Assembly: GCA_964016885.1 (NCBI GenBank)
Contig: OZ024740.1
Location: 247,566,001-247,630,000, forward strand
DNA: 64,000 nt
Reading direction: 5' to 3'
DNA from: Eledone cirrhosa
Lineage: Eukaryota
Positions 48,330 through 62,002 of this stretch are shown piece after piece. Under the pieces are notes generated by a model. It did not search any database. It worked only from the letters and a program-made list of their open reading frames with translations, and was not told where the DNA came from. Position 1 is the first letter of the stretch. Every line of letters begins with the position of its first letter. The position numbers were made by a program, and so were the translations under genes.

Positions 48330-51300
48330 AAGAGTGTTTGAATGTCGAACCTAAACAGTTCGAATAACGGTGAAATGGAGACTAGAATGTCATGTGACAG
48401 ACTCTCACCCAACAGGTGCTCCCTGGCTCAGCAGCAGGGACCTGGCTGTCAACCAAATACTGCTGGTGTCGGAGGAAGAAGAAGAAGGAAAGGGACCAGA
48501 ACCAACTGGACGAAAGAATTGAATAGAACTGTTATGCAATGTTACCTGAAGAGTAACCCCAAGGAGAAAGGCTATAGGAAAAGGATGCATAACATCTGGA
48601 ACGAGATTGGTCCATTTAAATTAGATGAACAAAAACTGGCCCGGCAGGCTCGGGTAATAAGAACTAATGGGTGGATAAGCGAGCTGGAACTGAAGGAACT
48701 GAGCAGAGAGATTAGCTTGGAGATGGAGAGTGGAGTATGCCAGGCAAACGAGCCAGTGGGAAATGAAGGTAAAGAGGTCCTGAGAACGGAGGAACCACCC
48801 GAAGCGGACAATGATCTGAATGCTGAGATAAATAATACCGGGAACAGAGATACGGCCACTGAGGAGATGAATGCTGACGGGCTAGGACAAGATTGGGTTG
48901 ATATCCTAAACTAAGTGGTAGATGAATTGAACAATGATAGTGGGAGACCTAAGATTTGTAGACAGGAAAAAGTTAAAAGAAACAACAGCTAAGGTAAACA
49001 AAGTCATCCCATACCTTGAAGCGAGGAGCCTTCACCAGTGCAACAATATCCTCAAAGCAACAGCAAATACGGTGAGGAAACTACTTGGTATAAAAGCGTG
49101 AGGAAACAACAGACAAGAAAGAGCAGAGCCTTGGTGGAAGAAACGACTGAGTGGTCAAATCAGGGAAATGAGAAATGACATTGGAAAGCTTGAGTCCCTA
49201 CTGAATGGGACACTAAAAAACATAGACACTAAAAATAGACTGGAAATAAAGTACAAGACTAGGAGGAAAACGCTAAATATTATCATAGAGGAACTGAAGC
49301 AACGCATTGTAGCAAAGAGTGCAAAAATCAGGTGATACGAGAACAGAGTCAGTCAGTATAGACAGAACCGCATGTTCGACAACAACCAGAAGATTCTGTT
49401 TGGACAGCTTGAAGGGAAAGAAAGAGGCAACGACTTGATCCCTGAGGCGGAACAAACTAAAACATTCTGGAGAGGAATATGGGAGCAGGATGTTAAACAT
49501 AATGACAAGCAGTGTGGATTGAGACAGTACAGAAGGAGATCAGTGAACAGGCACACCAACAAACTGATTTGAGTATCACAGTTGAAACTCTTAAGGGGCA
49601 GGCCAAAAAATTAACCAACTGGGAATCACCTGGCCCAGATGGTGTGCAGGGGTATTGGATTAAAAACATAACATCCCTCCACCCGAACCTTACAGCCATG
49701 TTCAATGACTGCTTGATGTCAGGTGAGGTACCAGAGTGGTTGACAAAAGGTACCACAGTTCTGATAATGAAAGACCGAATCAAGGGTAATGATGTTACCA
49801 ATTATAGACCTATCACATGTCTGTCCGTAATGTGGAAACTGTTGACAAGCATTATGTCTGAGGAAATCTACCATCACCTCCACACAAACAACTTGTTACC
49901 AGACGAACAGAAAGGATGCCGAAAGAAGTCACGTGGTACAAAGGACCAGTTACTTATTGATAAGATGGTAATGAGGAATTGCAAGAGGAGACACACTGGT
50001 CTTGCCATGGGATGGATAGACTACAAAAAGGCATTTGACATGGTGCCTCATTCTTGGATCACCAAAAGCCTAGAGATCTTCAAGGTGGCAGATAACATCA
50101 GACAGTTGTTGGGCAAAAGTATGAAGTCCTGGGAAACAGAGTTAACATCAACTGGAGAATCCTTGGGAAGCGTGAAGATCAAGAGAGTTATCTTCCAGGG
50201 AGATAGTCTGTCCCCTCTGTTGTTTGTCCTTGCCCTGATGCCCCTGACCAGTGTACTGCGAAAAGTGAGAGCAGGATACAGGTTGGGAAAAGGAGGGCTT
50301 ACCATCAATCACCTCCTCTTCATGGACGATCTTAAGCTCTTCGGGAAGAGTGTGATGGAGTTGGATGTGCTTGTTGACACTGTCCGTATTTTCAGCAATG
50401 ATATATGTATACAATTTGGTATTAGTAAGTGTGGAGTCATTGTGATGAGGAGGGGTAAGTTAAGCAGAAGTAACGGAATCCAGATACCAACAGATGAGAT
50501 GATAAAGGAAATTGACTCTGAGGAAGGATACAAGTATTTGGGTGTTCTGGAGGCTGATGACATCAAGAACAAAAAAATGAAGGAATTGATAAGAACTGAA
50601 TACCTTCGGAGAGTAAGGAGCGTATTAAAGTCACATCTGAAAAGTAAGAATGCCATAAGTGCAGTAAATTCCCGAGCTGTGTCTATTATTAGGTACAGTG
50701 CGGGAATTCTGAGATGGAATGTTGCTGAACAAAAAGAAATGGATAGGAAGACGAGGAAGCTATTGACTATCTACAATATGTTCCACAACAGGAGTGATGT
50801 CGATAGACTCTACTTAAGGAGATCTGAATGTGGAAGAGGTCTTATCAGCATAGAGGACTGTGTTCAGATGGAGAAAAACAACCTACACAAATACGTGACT
50901 GATAGTAAGGAGCCAATGCTCAGAACTGTACTGAAGGAGGGGACAATAGGCCAGGGGATGCCCAAGGAGGAAATAACATCAAGGAGAAAGAGCAGCCTTC
51001 AGGAAAAATCCCTTCATAGTACCTTCTTTGAGAAATCTGAATTTAGAGATTCACAGACATGGAACTGGTTGAAAAGAGGAGACCTTAAAAAGGCTACAGA
51101 AGGAAAGTTAATGGCTGCGCAGGAGCAGGCCCTCAAAACGAAGTGGTTGAAACACCACATTTACAAGGAGGAAGCTAGCCCACTGTGCAGGATCTGTGGA
51201 GAGAGAGAGGAGACGGTGGCTCACATTGTATCCGAGTGTAAACACCTAGCCCAGACTCACTATAAGGGCTTGAGACATGATGTGATGGGCAGGGTGATCC

Positions 51301-51369
51301 ACTGGCACCTATGCAAAGTAAACAATTTACCACATTCTGAGAAGTGGTATGAGCATAAGCCAGAGTCGG
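48330..51369 (+). mobile_element. R4/Dong-like element, N-terminus to CCHC, with stops and frameshifts; REL domain missing
   Basis: WTKELNRTVMQCY..GYRKRM; SPGPDG; NYRPITCL; WIDYKKAFD; IFQGDSLSPLLF; LFMDD; CRIC..ETVAHIVSEC..RHD. Confidence 0.9.
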
Positions 51370-51572
51370 TGCAATTCCTCATTACCATCTTATCAATAAG
51401 TAACTGGTCCTTTGTACCACGGGACTTCTTTCAGCATCCTTTCTGTTCGTCCGGTAACAAGTTGTTTATGTGGAGGTGATGGTAGATTTCCTCAGACACA
51501 ATGCTTGTTAACAGTTTCCACATTACGGACAGACATGTGATAGGTCTATAGTTGGTAACATCATTACCCTTG
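51370..51572 (-). mobile_element. Inverted fragment of a second Dong-like copy
   Basis: Reverse complement of 49781-49983 with several substitutions; abuts (TAA)n. Confidence 0.85.
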
Positions 51573-51601
51573 TTTATAATTATTATTATTATTATTATTA
51601 T

Positions 51602-54600
51602 TGGCGACCTACGTAGCAAATCGTATCATCGTAAGCTTCGCAAAGGTTTGTTATTTTCAGTTGTTTAAAATTGCCATTCATTTCCCGCCATTACCAATGA
51701 CTGCAGGTGTTAAAGCCGCCACCATCACCACTACCGCGACAACCACCACCCCCACCACCACCGCGACAACAGAAAGTTAACTTTATGTAAGTGCATATAC
51801 ATTGTTATCTGAAAAGGACACCCAAAAAGATTGGGGCCTTGAGCCCAAAATTTAAACTTTTATAATTATCAAACAAAAATTTTTCTTTGAAAAATTATGG
51901 ACGACTTCCTCACAAAGTAACACCACACCACACACCGACACCACCATTGCCAACACTAAAAATATAAGCAGTAGCAATATTTTAAATTTGTCTCAGCCAG
52001 ACATTCATTTCCCGCCATTACCAATGACTGCAGGTGTTAAAGCCGCCACCACCACCACTACCGCGACAACCACCACCCCCACCACCACCGCGACAACAGA
52101 AACAAAAGAAAAAAATAAATTAACTCGTGATATCGAAATGAATTCAACCAAAATGAACTCTTCCACACCGAATTGCCCGAGTGGTGGAGGCGCGTCGTGG
52201 ACCACGACGGACGCATGCTACTCGATCCCGGGCAAATGTGTGAAGCTTTTCAGCGACACTTCGCACAGCTGTTCGGGGCGGGCCGGATCGAGGGATGGAC
52301 TTTAGTGTTTACCTCGACGGACTGCCGCGGCTCTCGGACACTGAGGCGTAGTGTTGCGAAAAGCCGATAACAGCCGCTGAAGTACGGGAGGCAATGACTG
52401 GCTGCACAAGGGGTAAATCGCCTGGTTTGGATAGTCTGCCCTATGAACTTTACGTACAGATGCCAGACTCGTTCGGCGGCCTCTTGGCGGACGTCTACTG
52501 CAACTGGCAACAGAACGGAAGAATTCCCAGCTCTGTGAGCCGAGGAGCGGTGTCGCTGCTGAGAAAGGATCCGAACAAGGAGGATAACATAGATAATTTT
52601 AGGCCCATAACTCTGCTAAACACAGAGTTCCAGATTTTGGCCAAGGTGCTAGCAAAGAGGTTGGCGCTTGTCGTTGGTGGTCTGGTGGTAAAAGCGCAGA
52701 CGTGCGCCATTCCCGACAGATCCATCCACGACAACCTCCACCTCATGCGATACATCGTAGAGAGGGTAGCTAGGGAACCTGGCACGGGTGGGTCCTTGAT
52801 CAATTTAGATCAGTCGAAAGCTTTCGATAGGGTCGACCATCGTTACCTAGCGGCAGTCCTGAGGGCGGCTGGCTTTGGGCCCGTCTTCAGAGGCTGGATC
52901 GCTGCCATGCACAGTGACATCTGCTCTGTGGTGAGAGTGAAAGGTCACCTTTCTGAACCGTTCAACATCATGCGCTCGGTCCGCCAAGGATATCCCCTCT
53001 CGTCCCTCTTGTACGTATTGATTCTCGAGCCGTTACTGCACAAACTGGAGACGTTGAGGGGGGTCCCACGCGAACTAGGATGGGGAAGATCCGTGTCAGC
53101 ATATGCGGACGATGTCAGCGTAGTGGTGTCGAACGCCAAACACATCGAGGCGATCGGCACTACACTAAGAGAATACGAAGAGGTGACGGGAGCAATGATC
53201 AAACAGGAAAAGTCAGTGGGCCTGCAGCTCGGCACCTGGAGAGGCAGGTCCATGCCGTCCAACAGCGTCGTCGGGCGCTGGACGGACGGACCGGTTAAAA
53301 TTGCTAGGGGTCTGGTTCGGTCCGGACCTCCAGACGGACAAAAACTGGGACGAGGTGACGAGCAGGGTGGCTTCTCTCACCCAGAAATGGGCAGAGAGGA
53401 AGCTATCCATGAAAGGTCGAGCGGAGGTGGCTAACGCGTACATCGCGTCCGTCATCTACTACCGCCTGACCGTCGTACCTTGTCCTGACTGCGCTGGAGC
53501 GTTTGCTCTTTCGCTTTTTGTGGAAGGGACGCGCTCCGATGGTCAGGCGGTCCATCTGCTTTCAACACCCGCTACGTGGAGGGCTGGGATGCCGTGGCTG
53601 ATGATGCGCAGACACGCGCTCAGGCTACGACATCTCCACCTCTTCCTCGACGGTGTGGTCGCCGTTTTCTAGACACGTCTTTCCCCAGCTCGTCTCATTG
53701 ACGGAGCTGCAGTCCTGGGTCAAGCGAAGACCGAGAGGGAGCACTTGGAGACTCGAATGTCTTCAGACGCTCACCGCCCTCAACCAATCGGGCAATGTGA
53801 TCGGTGGAAACTCCACATTGGTGTTCTATAGAGGATTAGTGGAGGGGAAGAGCGACGACGTACTTGGAGAAACTCTAGGCGTCGATGAAAATCAACTAGC
53901 CAATCTCTTCGGAAGGACTTTCGGGCCTGGGCCTATGGACAACTTCCAGAAATCCCTAGCCTGGCAGTGCTACCGAGGAGCTTTGCCAGTTCGGGATAAA
54001 CTCTACAGGCATGAAGGTGCCGTCAGCCGGGCATGTCCGAGATGCGCGCAAGGTGACGAAACCGTCCTGCACGCACTCGTCCAGTGTCCGAGCATTGCTG
54101 ACTTGTGGGTTCATGTCGAATACCTGCTGTCACGTGTAGGACGGATCCGGCTATCAGCTGAGTCCATCGTGAGGATTGCCCTGCCCTCTTCCTTTAGCCG
54201 GGAAGGGCAGGCAGTTTTTATCTGTCTGGTGGCCATGGCGAAAGAGATAGTATGGTGGACTCGTTTGAAAGGGCTGAAGACGAGCACTAACCTCTTCGGT
54301 GATGCCCTGATTAACTTTTTCAAATTTCATTTGAAAAGGAAAATCAGGGTAGAGAGGGAAGTGCTCTCTTCCCAGCATTTTGTTGAAAGATGGGTGAGAG
54401 AAGCAAGTATGGCCCGAGTGAATGGGTCTACTCTGAGTATGTCTCTGTAAATTAAAGGTGGAAAACTGGGAGAGGGCACTTGCCCTAGTGGTCAGGATCA
54501 CTGTGGCCTTTTAATGGGCTTTCTCCACAAATGTCCCTCGGAAGACTCCCCCCTATTGGGGAATTGTTTCATTGTTATTTTTTATTACATCCTCTGTTTT

Positions 54601-54696
54601 TTTTACACGCAGAAATGCCCATTTGTACCGTCCTGTATTGTCCTGTACTGTCCTTAATGTCTACTTTATGTAAACCCTTGTGGTTAATAAAGAAAG

Positions 54697-54697
<1 letters not shown>
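51602..54697 (+). mobile_element. Internally deleted or chimeric Tx1/L1 copy (ORF2 part 52173-54450, frameshifted) between (ATT)n tracts
   Basis: High identity to 1-2465. 3' UTR ends GTGGTTAATAAAGAAAGC then (ATT)n. 5' part has a ~100-bp duplication (51675-51774 / 52002-52102). Confidence 0.88.
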
Positions 54698-54735
<38 letters not shown>

Positions 54736-55333
54736 CATTATTATTATTATTATTATTATCAGTCTTATTTTTATTGTGCATTGTGTATTTTAAGTGTGCA
54801 GTGCCTAGTTAACTTATGGGATAGTTCCCAGCCAAACCCATCAGTTAACTTCCTCTTCCACAGTTTTAATTGAATTCTAGTTGGGCATTGTGGACGCAAC
54901 ATGGCCTTAGATTGCTCTACAATCTCAAGGGTTCCATTGCAAGACATGACATATCGGCAAGTGTCATTTACCATAGCCTTTGGTCGAACCAAGACTTGTG
55001 AGTGAACTTGGTAACTATTTGGAAGCCTGTTCGATGGGCTGTCCTTGTAATTCAAAGTGTCAGTCTTGCAATACACAGTGTCGCGCTGTCCCTGAAAATG
55101 ATAGTAAGTGTACACGTATCTGTGTACACACAATCAACGACTTGCACGTTAATTTCACATGCAGGCTGTTCCGTTGGTCAAATAACTGGAACAACACTCA
55201 TCGTTAAAACCGACAGAGGTCCATACCATTATAATTAGGCATTATAGCGTTGCAAGTAAACAATTTGAAACGAATAATTGAATGGTAAATTATTTTCTTT
55301 TTTTTTCAGATACAAACTACACTACACCAATAC

Positions 55334-55453
55334 CTTTTCTGTTGCACTTTCTGGGTCTTCGAAAGCTACCCATAGTTTACCATCATATAAATATGGTACA
55401 CAGCATCTCTCATCATACACCCGTACAGCGCCATGATCAAGTGTTAATCCCAC
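55334..55453 (-). CDS. GH18 chitinase-like gene, internal exon (not in the ORF track)
   Basis: ttcttttAG|VGLTLDHGAVRVYDERCCVPYLYDGKLWVAFEDPESATEK|GTattg; 120 nt, phase 0/0; matches VPY.....Wv.ydD..S...K. Confidence 0.9.
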
Positions 55454-57060
55454 CTAAAAGAAGGAACAAAGAAACACATATAACTAATCAAATGTAACAA
55501 GATTTTATGGTGTTTATGATTGTTAGAAAGCATTTCATAAAAAAAGAACATTTAAGATGACGAAACAATGATGGAGCTTCTATGTGGTGTCTCGATATGC
55601 TAGAATTAGCTATCTAACTTTCCGTTATAGTTCCGTTATAGTACACTACTACCTGGCCACACTGTTCTCTAGAAATAGCAGACAGATCATCATCAGTTCA
55701 CACCTTGTCTTCTTGTGAATGAAAAGGCACGCTACACAGTATAATGCTAAATAAACTATGCCTCAATAAAAACAGATGGCCACGACTGGAACGCTTTTGA
55801 TCATAGATATTGTTTATCTAAGTTGACCAGGGTCGACTGGTTAGAAATATTTTATTAAAATCACAAGTAAACGAACAATATTTGAGAGAGAGAGAGAGTG
55901 TGTGTCCGTCTGTGCGTGTCAGTGTGTGCGTGACAGATCAAAAATATACATGAGGGTTCAGAACTTTTTACTTTAAACGAAGCCTTTTCAAACGTTTTCA
56001 TACGTGGTTTTTTTCATCATACATCTTGTTTCTTTCATTAGTTTACGAACCCGAGATAGCGACATTAAATGTTTTTTCATATATAAAACAGAAATAAAGT
56101 TATATTTAATTGAATAATAGTGAATTAAGACCACTCGGATGTTTTGAAACAAAACAGTGTTAATGAACCACTAATTTAATTAGTCAAACAATCTACTAAT
56201 GTTAGAAAGAACCACAGGTGAGAATGGAAATCATGACATTCAAATTATCAAGGATGACCAAGTCCTTGTTTTTCTGCAAATGTAAAATAATCCACTCGGT
56301 AAAAAGGAAGAAGATGTGTAAAGAATTAACATGGAAAACGGTTTGGTAAAAACTAAGACATGTATCACTCATAAGGCGAATCTATTGTCCAGCCACACTA
56401 GGACACGCCTGCACGTTCCAGAACATTCTAAGGTCTTAACTGTATATAAATATAGAGGACATTTTGTAATTGTTGGTGGCTTCAAAAAGTCGGTGTTTCA
56501 ATAATATAATCACTTGCTCATCTTTTTTGTGTTCTCATTTCAATTGTTGGGAAAAACATAACTAAGAATACGTTCAATATGTAAATCTCTATATCCGATT
56601 TATTTGAGTATTAATTGGTTTATAAGCAGTTCCTCTGTAGACAAATACAGAAGGAACCCAGTCGCTAAGGGAATCCCGATACTTGTTTAAAACTAGTCCA
56701 TGAAGATATTATATACAATGGTGTTTACATCTAACTTTACTCACAGATATAGTCTTGTAGCAAAGTACAACGCAAACATACACATACATCTAAGAGATTT
56801 GTTTATTTATCACTAAATTAGAAATTACCTGCCCTTGAAGAACTTTCGTAAATTTGTAAAATCTTCATATCAACGTGTAGAGGTAGCCATTTTTATTTTA
56901 TATAACAGGCAGAATGAGTTAGGCTGTATAACCCAACGAATCTTAAGTACCTGTATATGTGACTGTTAAAACTAATTATACTTTACTCATCCTATGCACT
57001 GAGTTTTCTAACCCATGGACATTTCTACTAAACTTATACTACTGTATATATATATATATA

Positions 57061-57124
<64 letters not shown>

Positions 57125-57161
57125 CGTGTGTGTGCGTGCGTGTGTGTGTGTGTATGTGTGT

Positions 57162-57192
<31 letters not shown>

Positions 57193-58690
57193 CGTGCGTG
57201 TGTGTGTGTGTGTGTACGTGTGTGTGTTAATTGATTAAGCAAGGTTTGTTAAAAAGGATTTTTTAATAAAAAGGTACAAGGCAGGGCTTTTCGTTATTAT
57301 CATAGAGATATTTGAAACTCTTTAGAAGATTTTAGTTAGTTAAAGACCCCATGTAACTGCAAAATAAGATAGATTAAAGAATATTTTCCAGATATATATT
57401 CTTCAAAGCATATGTACACCTTTACCTATTGTTCTTTTTTCTAATCATGTTCCAAAGAAAACATTATACTATAGGTTTAGTGCATTTCAGATATTTTATC
57501 GGCCATCATTTCAAACAGCTTATTAACCGGTGTTAGTTTATTTACAGTTCCTTATCTAAATGTAATTACGGTGTTTATCAAGTATTTTCATACATATCAA
57601 CATATTGTTTAGATTAACTAATTTTAAAGAAAACTTTTACGAAAAACAAGCGTTTGTAATGATTTAGTACATAATTAAGTTAAATCTATTTTAATGTGTC
57701 AAAAATCGTTATTTTCCGGCTTTAGTTAATTTACTGTGTATCAACTATCCTAATAAACTTCCATATATATATTTTTTTTTAATACTTATTATATTAGGAA
57801 ATATTTACGAAAAGCTAGTGTTTGTTTTGATGTAATGCATATTCAATTAAATTTATATTCAATTAAATTTATATTTGTATAAATGCGTCTATAGATGAAA
57901 TCAGAATGAACACCAAAAATTAGACAACATTAAAATGTTTGTTAGTATATCATTGAGGAGTTAGGTTTTCAACTTCCCAATTTTATCAGTAGAAGTATTT
58001 GGAATTTTCTTTTATAAATATATAAACACCACATTAATATATGTAATATAAAGGATGTACATAAAGAAAGAATATATTTATAAATATCCAAGAGAATATA
58101 AATATATCCATATAAACTGGTTCATACACCTATCTTCACTTATATATTATTAAAATAAGCATATATATCTAGATACATATATAAAATATATATGTGTATA
58201 CATACATAGATGCAAATATACAGATATACATATGAAGATGTAAATAAGAGAAGTATAAACTAATTCATATAAACCCATATACACATACATACATGTGCAA
58301 AAAACCCTAGCTATGCACATATACACAGATTTACACATATGTACAAATGCGCATACTCATACGCATATCTACACTTATGTTTCCCTAAAGTATTAATAGA
58401 AGAGTGTCAGAATTTCTCTTGTTTATATTAATTCGTAAAATTCTTATGAGTATTACTTGCTTTTTTATTCTTACTTTTGTGTGTTATTATTTGCAGAGTA
58501 GATAGTTACGTTTTTTTTTTTTATATATTATAATAGAAAGATTAGGAACATTTATGTGGGCATGTAGAAAGAACTTTAATTTTCTGTTGAGAATGATCAG
58601 TTTAGATTACCAATGAAAATAGTGAACTATTACACTATAACCTCATATATATATATATGTGTGGGTGTGTGTGTGTGTGTGTGTGTGTGC

Positions 58691-58726
<36 letters not shown>

Positions 58727-58795
58727 GTGTGTGTGCGTGTGTGTGTGTGCGTGCGTTCGTGTGTGTAATTTTCAGGATATGTGACACAATAATAC

Positions 58796-58981
58796 CTCTT
58801 CATAAGTAAATAGTCCTTTTATTCGTAGAATTGGTCCAGGCTCTCCCACTTCTTCACTTCGTGCTTTGACCCCATGGTGGGTGACAGTATCCAAACGGTA
58901 ACTGCGTCCATATGTAGGTAGACCCCACAACAGCTTTGATGGTGGCAGTCCAAGTTCAATGAAAAAGTCAATAAGTCCTGC
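58796..58981 (-). CDS. GH18 chitinase-like gene, internal exon
   Basis: ttttccAG|[41 protein letters not shown]|GT; 186 nt, phase 0/0. Confidence 0.92.
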
Positions 58982-59051
58982 CTGGAAAACAATATAATAT
59001 TGTATATACATATATAGATCCCATCCTTCCCCCATCTCTCTCACTCTCTTA

Positions 59052-59450
<399 letters not shown>

Positions 59451-59621
59451 CATCATATTATTTTGTATTATAATATTATCTATGTATGTAAATGGAACAA
59501 AAGCTCAACCTAAGCTTTCAAGGCTCAGCATTGACCATATTTCCAGAACGTAAGGGGGATCAAAATTGTGACATAATCTTCAGGTGCTACTATGTACACA
59601 CATACACACATACACACATAG

Positions 59622-59712
<91 letters not shown>

Positions 59713-59789
59713 ACGGAGGAGTTGTGGTAAGGAACCAGATGGACTATAACACACCAGAGTACTCAATACTTAGGGTAGTAGAGTGGGTA

Positions 59790-59889
59790 ATAGGAGAAAG
59801 TATGACCTCGAAGGCAGAGCTCAAGCCGTTTCGACAGCTATTTGAGCCGTCGAAACGGCTTGAGCTCTGCCGTCGGGGTCATATTTTAT

Positions 59890-59894
<5 letters not shown>
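59790..59894. repeat. GC-rich hairpin, ~50-bp arms, 5-nt loop, in a short insert between (TA)n tracts
   Basis: GGCAGAGCTCAAGCCGTTTCGAC..GTCGAAACGGCTTGAGCTCTGCC. Confidence 0.85.
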
Positions 59895-59936
<42 letters not shown>

Positions 59937-60109
59937 TGGATTGAGGAGAACTGTGCGTTTTGCTTTCGGTAGATTATTCATCTACTGAAGGCAACCCTCG
60001 AAGGTGTATAATAAATTAGATTCTAATACCAGTATTGGATAATTACAGCAAACGTTTGTTTTTACTTTTAATCGTATAACTCAAAATCCCAATTTTACAC
60101 ACATACATG

Positions 60110-60146
<37 letters not shown>

Positions 60147-60520
60147 GGGGGGGGGTCAGGGTTCAATCGGTGGTAACCACTGTAAGTAAGGTATTCAATT
60201 CATTAGTAGATTATATGCAACAATTTAAAATAGAAATGGCTGCTAAATGACTAGAACTGTTTAATTCGAAGGAAATCATCAGGAAAGCCGACTGGCGTTA
60301 TACTGCGGTAGCATTTATGTATTCACTGGTGGGTGGGGAAGGTGATGATTTTAAGGATTGGTAGAGGTCATTGGTTGATGAATATTGTAGGGAACTGAGA
60401 TTCTTTGAAAGGAAATATTTTTAGAAATATACAAAAACAAAGAAAAAGCAGTTTCATCTACACACTTAAATACCTTTAGTAATACTGTAGCCCACATATT
60501 TTTAAGTAAACAAAAGGAAT

Positions 60521-61397
60521 TATAAACGGAAAAAATGAAACGAAATTTCATTTCTCACTCTTATACGGCACTTACTTAAATGTAAGTATGTATGTATGTA
60601 TATGTACATACATATATGTATACAGACGTACAGTAGTATGTATATATATATATACATACATGCACACATATATATATGTACGTATGGATTTACCGAACAT
60701 TTATTATAATGCTCGGTGTGTTTGTAAACAATCATCCCGAATTAAGCCGTACAGTGTTTAGCAACCATCGTTGCCCTTTTGTTCAACACTGACAAAGGAA
60801 CGATGTACTAGTTTCAAGCTTATTAGCTATCGTCAGTACTGTATACCTTCCTACCAGATGATTGAACGTCTGAAAGTATATACTTTCCTTATGCATACGT
60901 ACATATATATGTGGATGTATGTATATATATATACATACTACTGTACGTCTGTATACATATATGTATGTACGTATACATACTTATATTTAAGTAACAGCCG
61001 TACTAAGAGTGAGAAATGAAATTTCGTTTCATTTTTTCCGTTTATCATTTTCGGTGCGCCCGGCCGATTAACTCACTGATGTGCAAATTAGGCTGCTCAA
61101 CCGTTAATATGCATAAGGAAAGTATATACTTTCAGACGTTCAATCATCTGGTAGGAAGGTATACGGTGCTAACGATAGCTAATAAGCTTGAAACTAGTAC
61201 ATCGTTCCTTTGTCAGTGTTGAACAAAAGGGCAACGATGGTTGATACACCCTGTACGGCTTAATCCGGGATGTTTGTTTACAAACACACCGAGCATTATA
61301 ATAAATGTTCGGTAAATCCATACGTACATATATATATATATATGTGCATGTATGTATATATATATATACTACTGTACGTCTGTATACATATATGTAT
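60521..61397. mobile_element. Retrozyme-like HHR repeat, head-to-head pair (minus 60521-60897; plus 60898-61397, just over one monomer)
   Basis: HHR at ~60800-60842 minus (CTGACGA, weakened stem I) and 61163-61205 plus (CTAACGA, G5A). The plus copy starts and ends with the same ~80-nt block. Confidence 0.82.
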
Positions 61398-61572
61398 GTA
61401 CGTATACATACTTATATAAAAGGAATTATATATATATATTATCATCTTTGGAAACATGCTACAATGTATACCAGTCCCAAGAAAGGAATTTCTCTGGCCC
61501 CACTAGCTCTCGACCTATCTCGCTTCCAGAATTTCAAAACTGTGGTAAAAACAATGTCGATTAACTCTAGAC

Positions 61573-62002
61573 CAGAGATGGGGAACCTTGCGGCCTTAAA
61601 TTTCTAACAAATTTTTAAATTTTAATTAATGTTTTTGTCCATCTCTTATTTTAATTTAAACAATAAGGTGAACGGGTTTTAAATAACAAAGAGTAAAATA
61701 TAATTCAACGAAATAATCAACACCGACAGACAGCCAGACTTAAAAATCAGTAGATCATGAGGGCAATTTCATCACTTTCTACGCTTATATTTTAGTTCTT
61801 CTTCTGGTTCTAGTATGTACATTAAATTCCCACTTGGCTGGAGCTATCATCCGAGGCTGGTTTGTAAGAAACCGCGCGAATTTAGTACGCCAATGATTAT
61901 CAAAATTTTAAGAATACATAATTATGGTTTTTTGAATGCGGCCTTATTATATTACACGTAACTTAATGCGCCCTTGCAGCACGAAAGGGTTTCCCATCTC
62001 TG
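61573..62002. mobile_element. hAT-type MITE
   Basis: TIRs CAGAGATGGGGAACC / GGTTTCCCATCTCTG; 8-bp flanks CTCTAGAC / CTGTAAAC (6/8, central TA); no ORF. Confidence 0.75.

Noticed and set aside
56820-56940. Candidate extra chitinase exon (YEDF.., GT donor)
   Set aside because: In-frame stop; the exon at 55334-55453 already fills this part of the domain.
60245-60290. Minus-strand CTGATGA-TTTCCTTCGAAT
   Set aside because: GAAA is absent and no stem I partner exists; at best a dead remnant.
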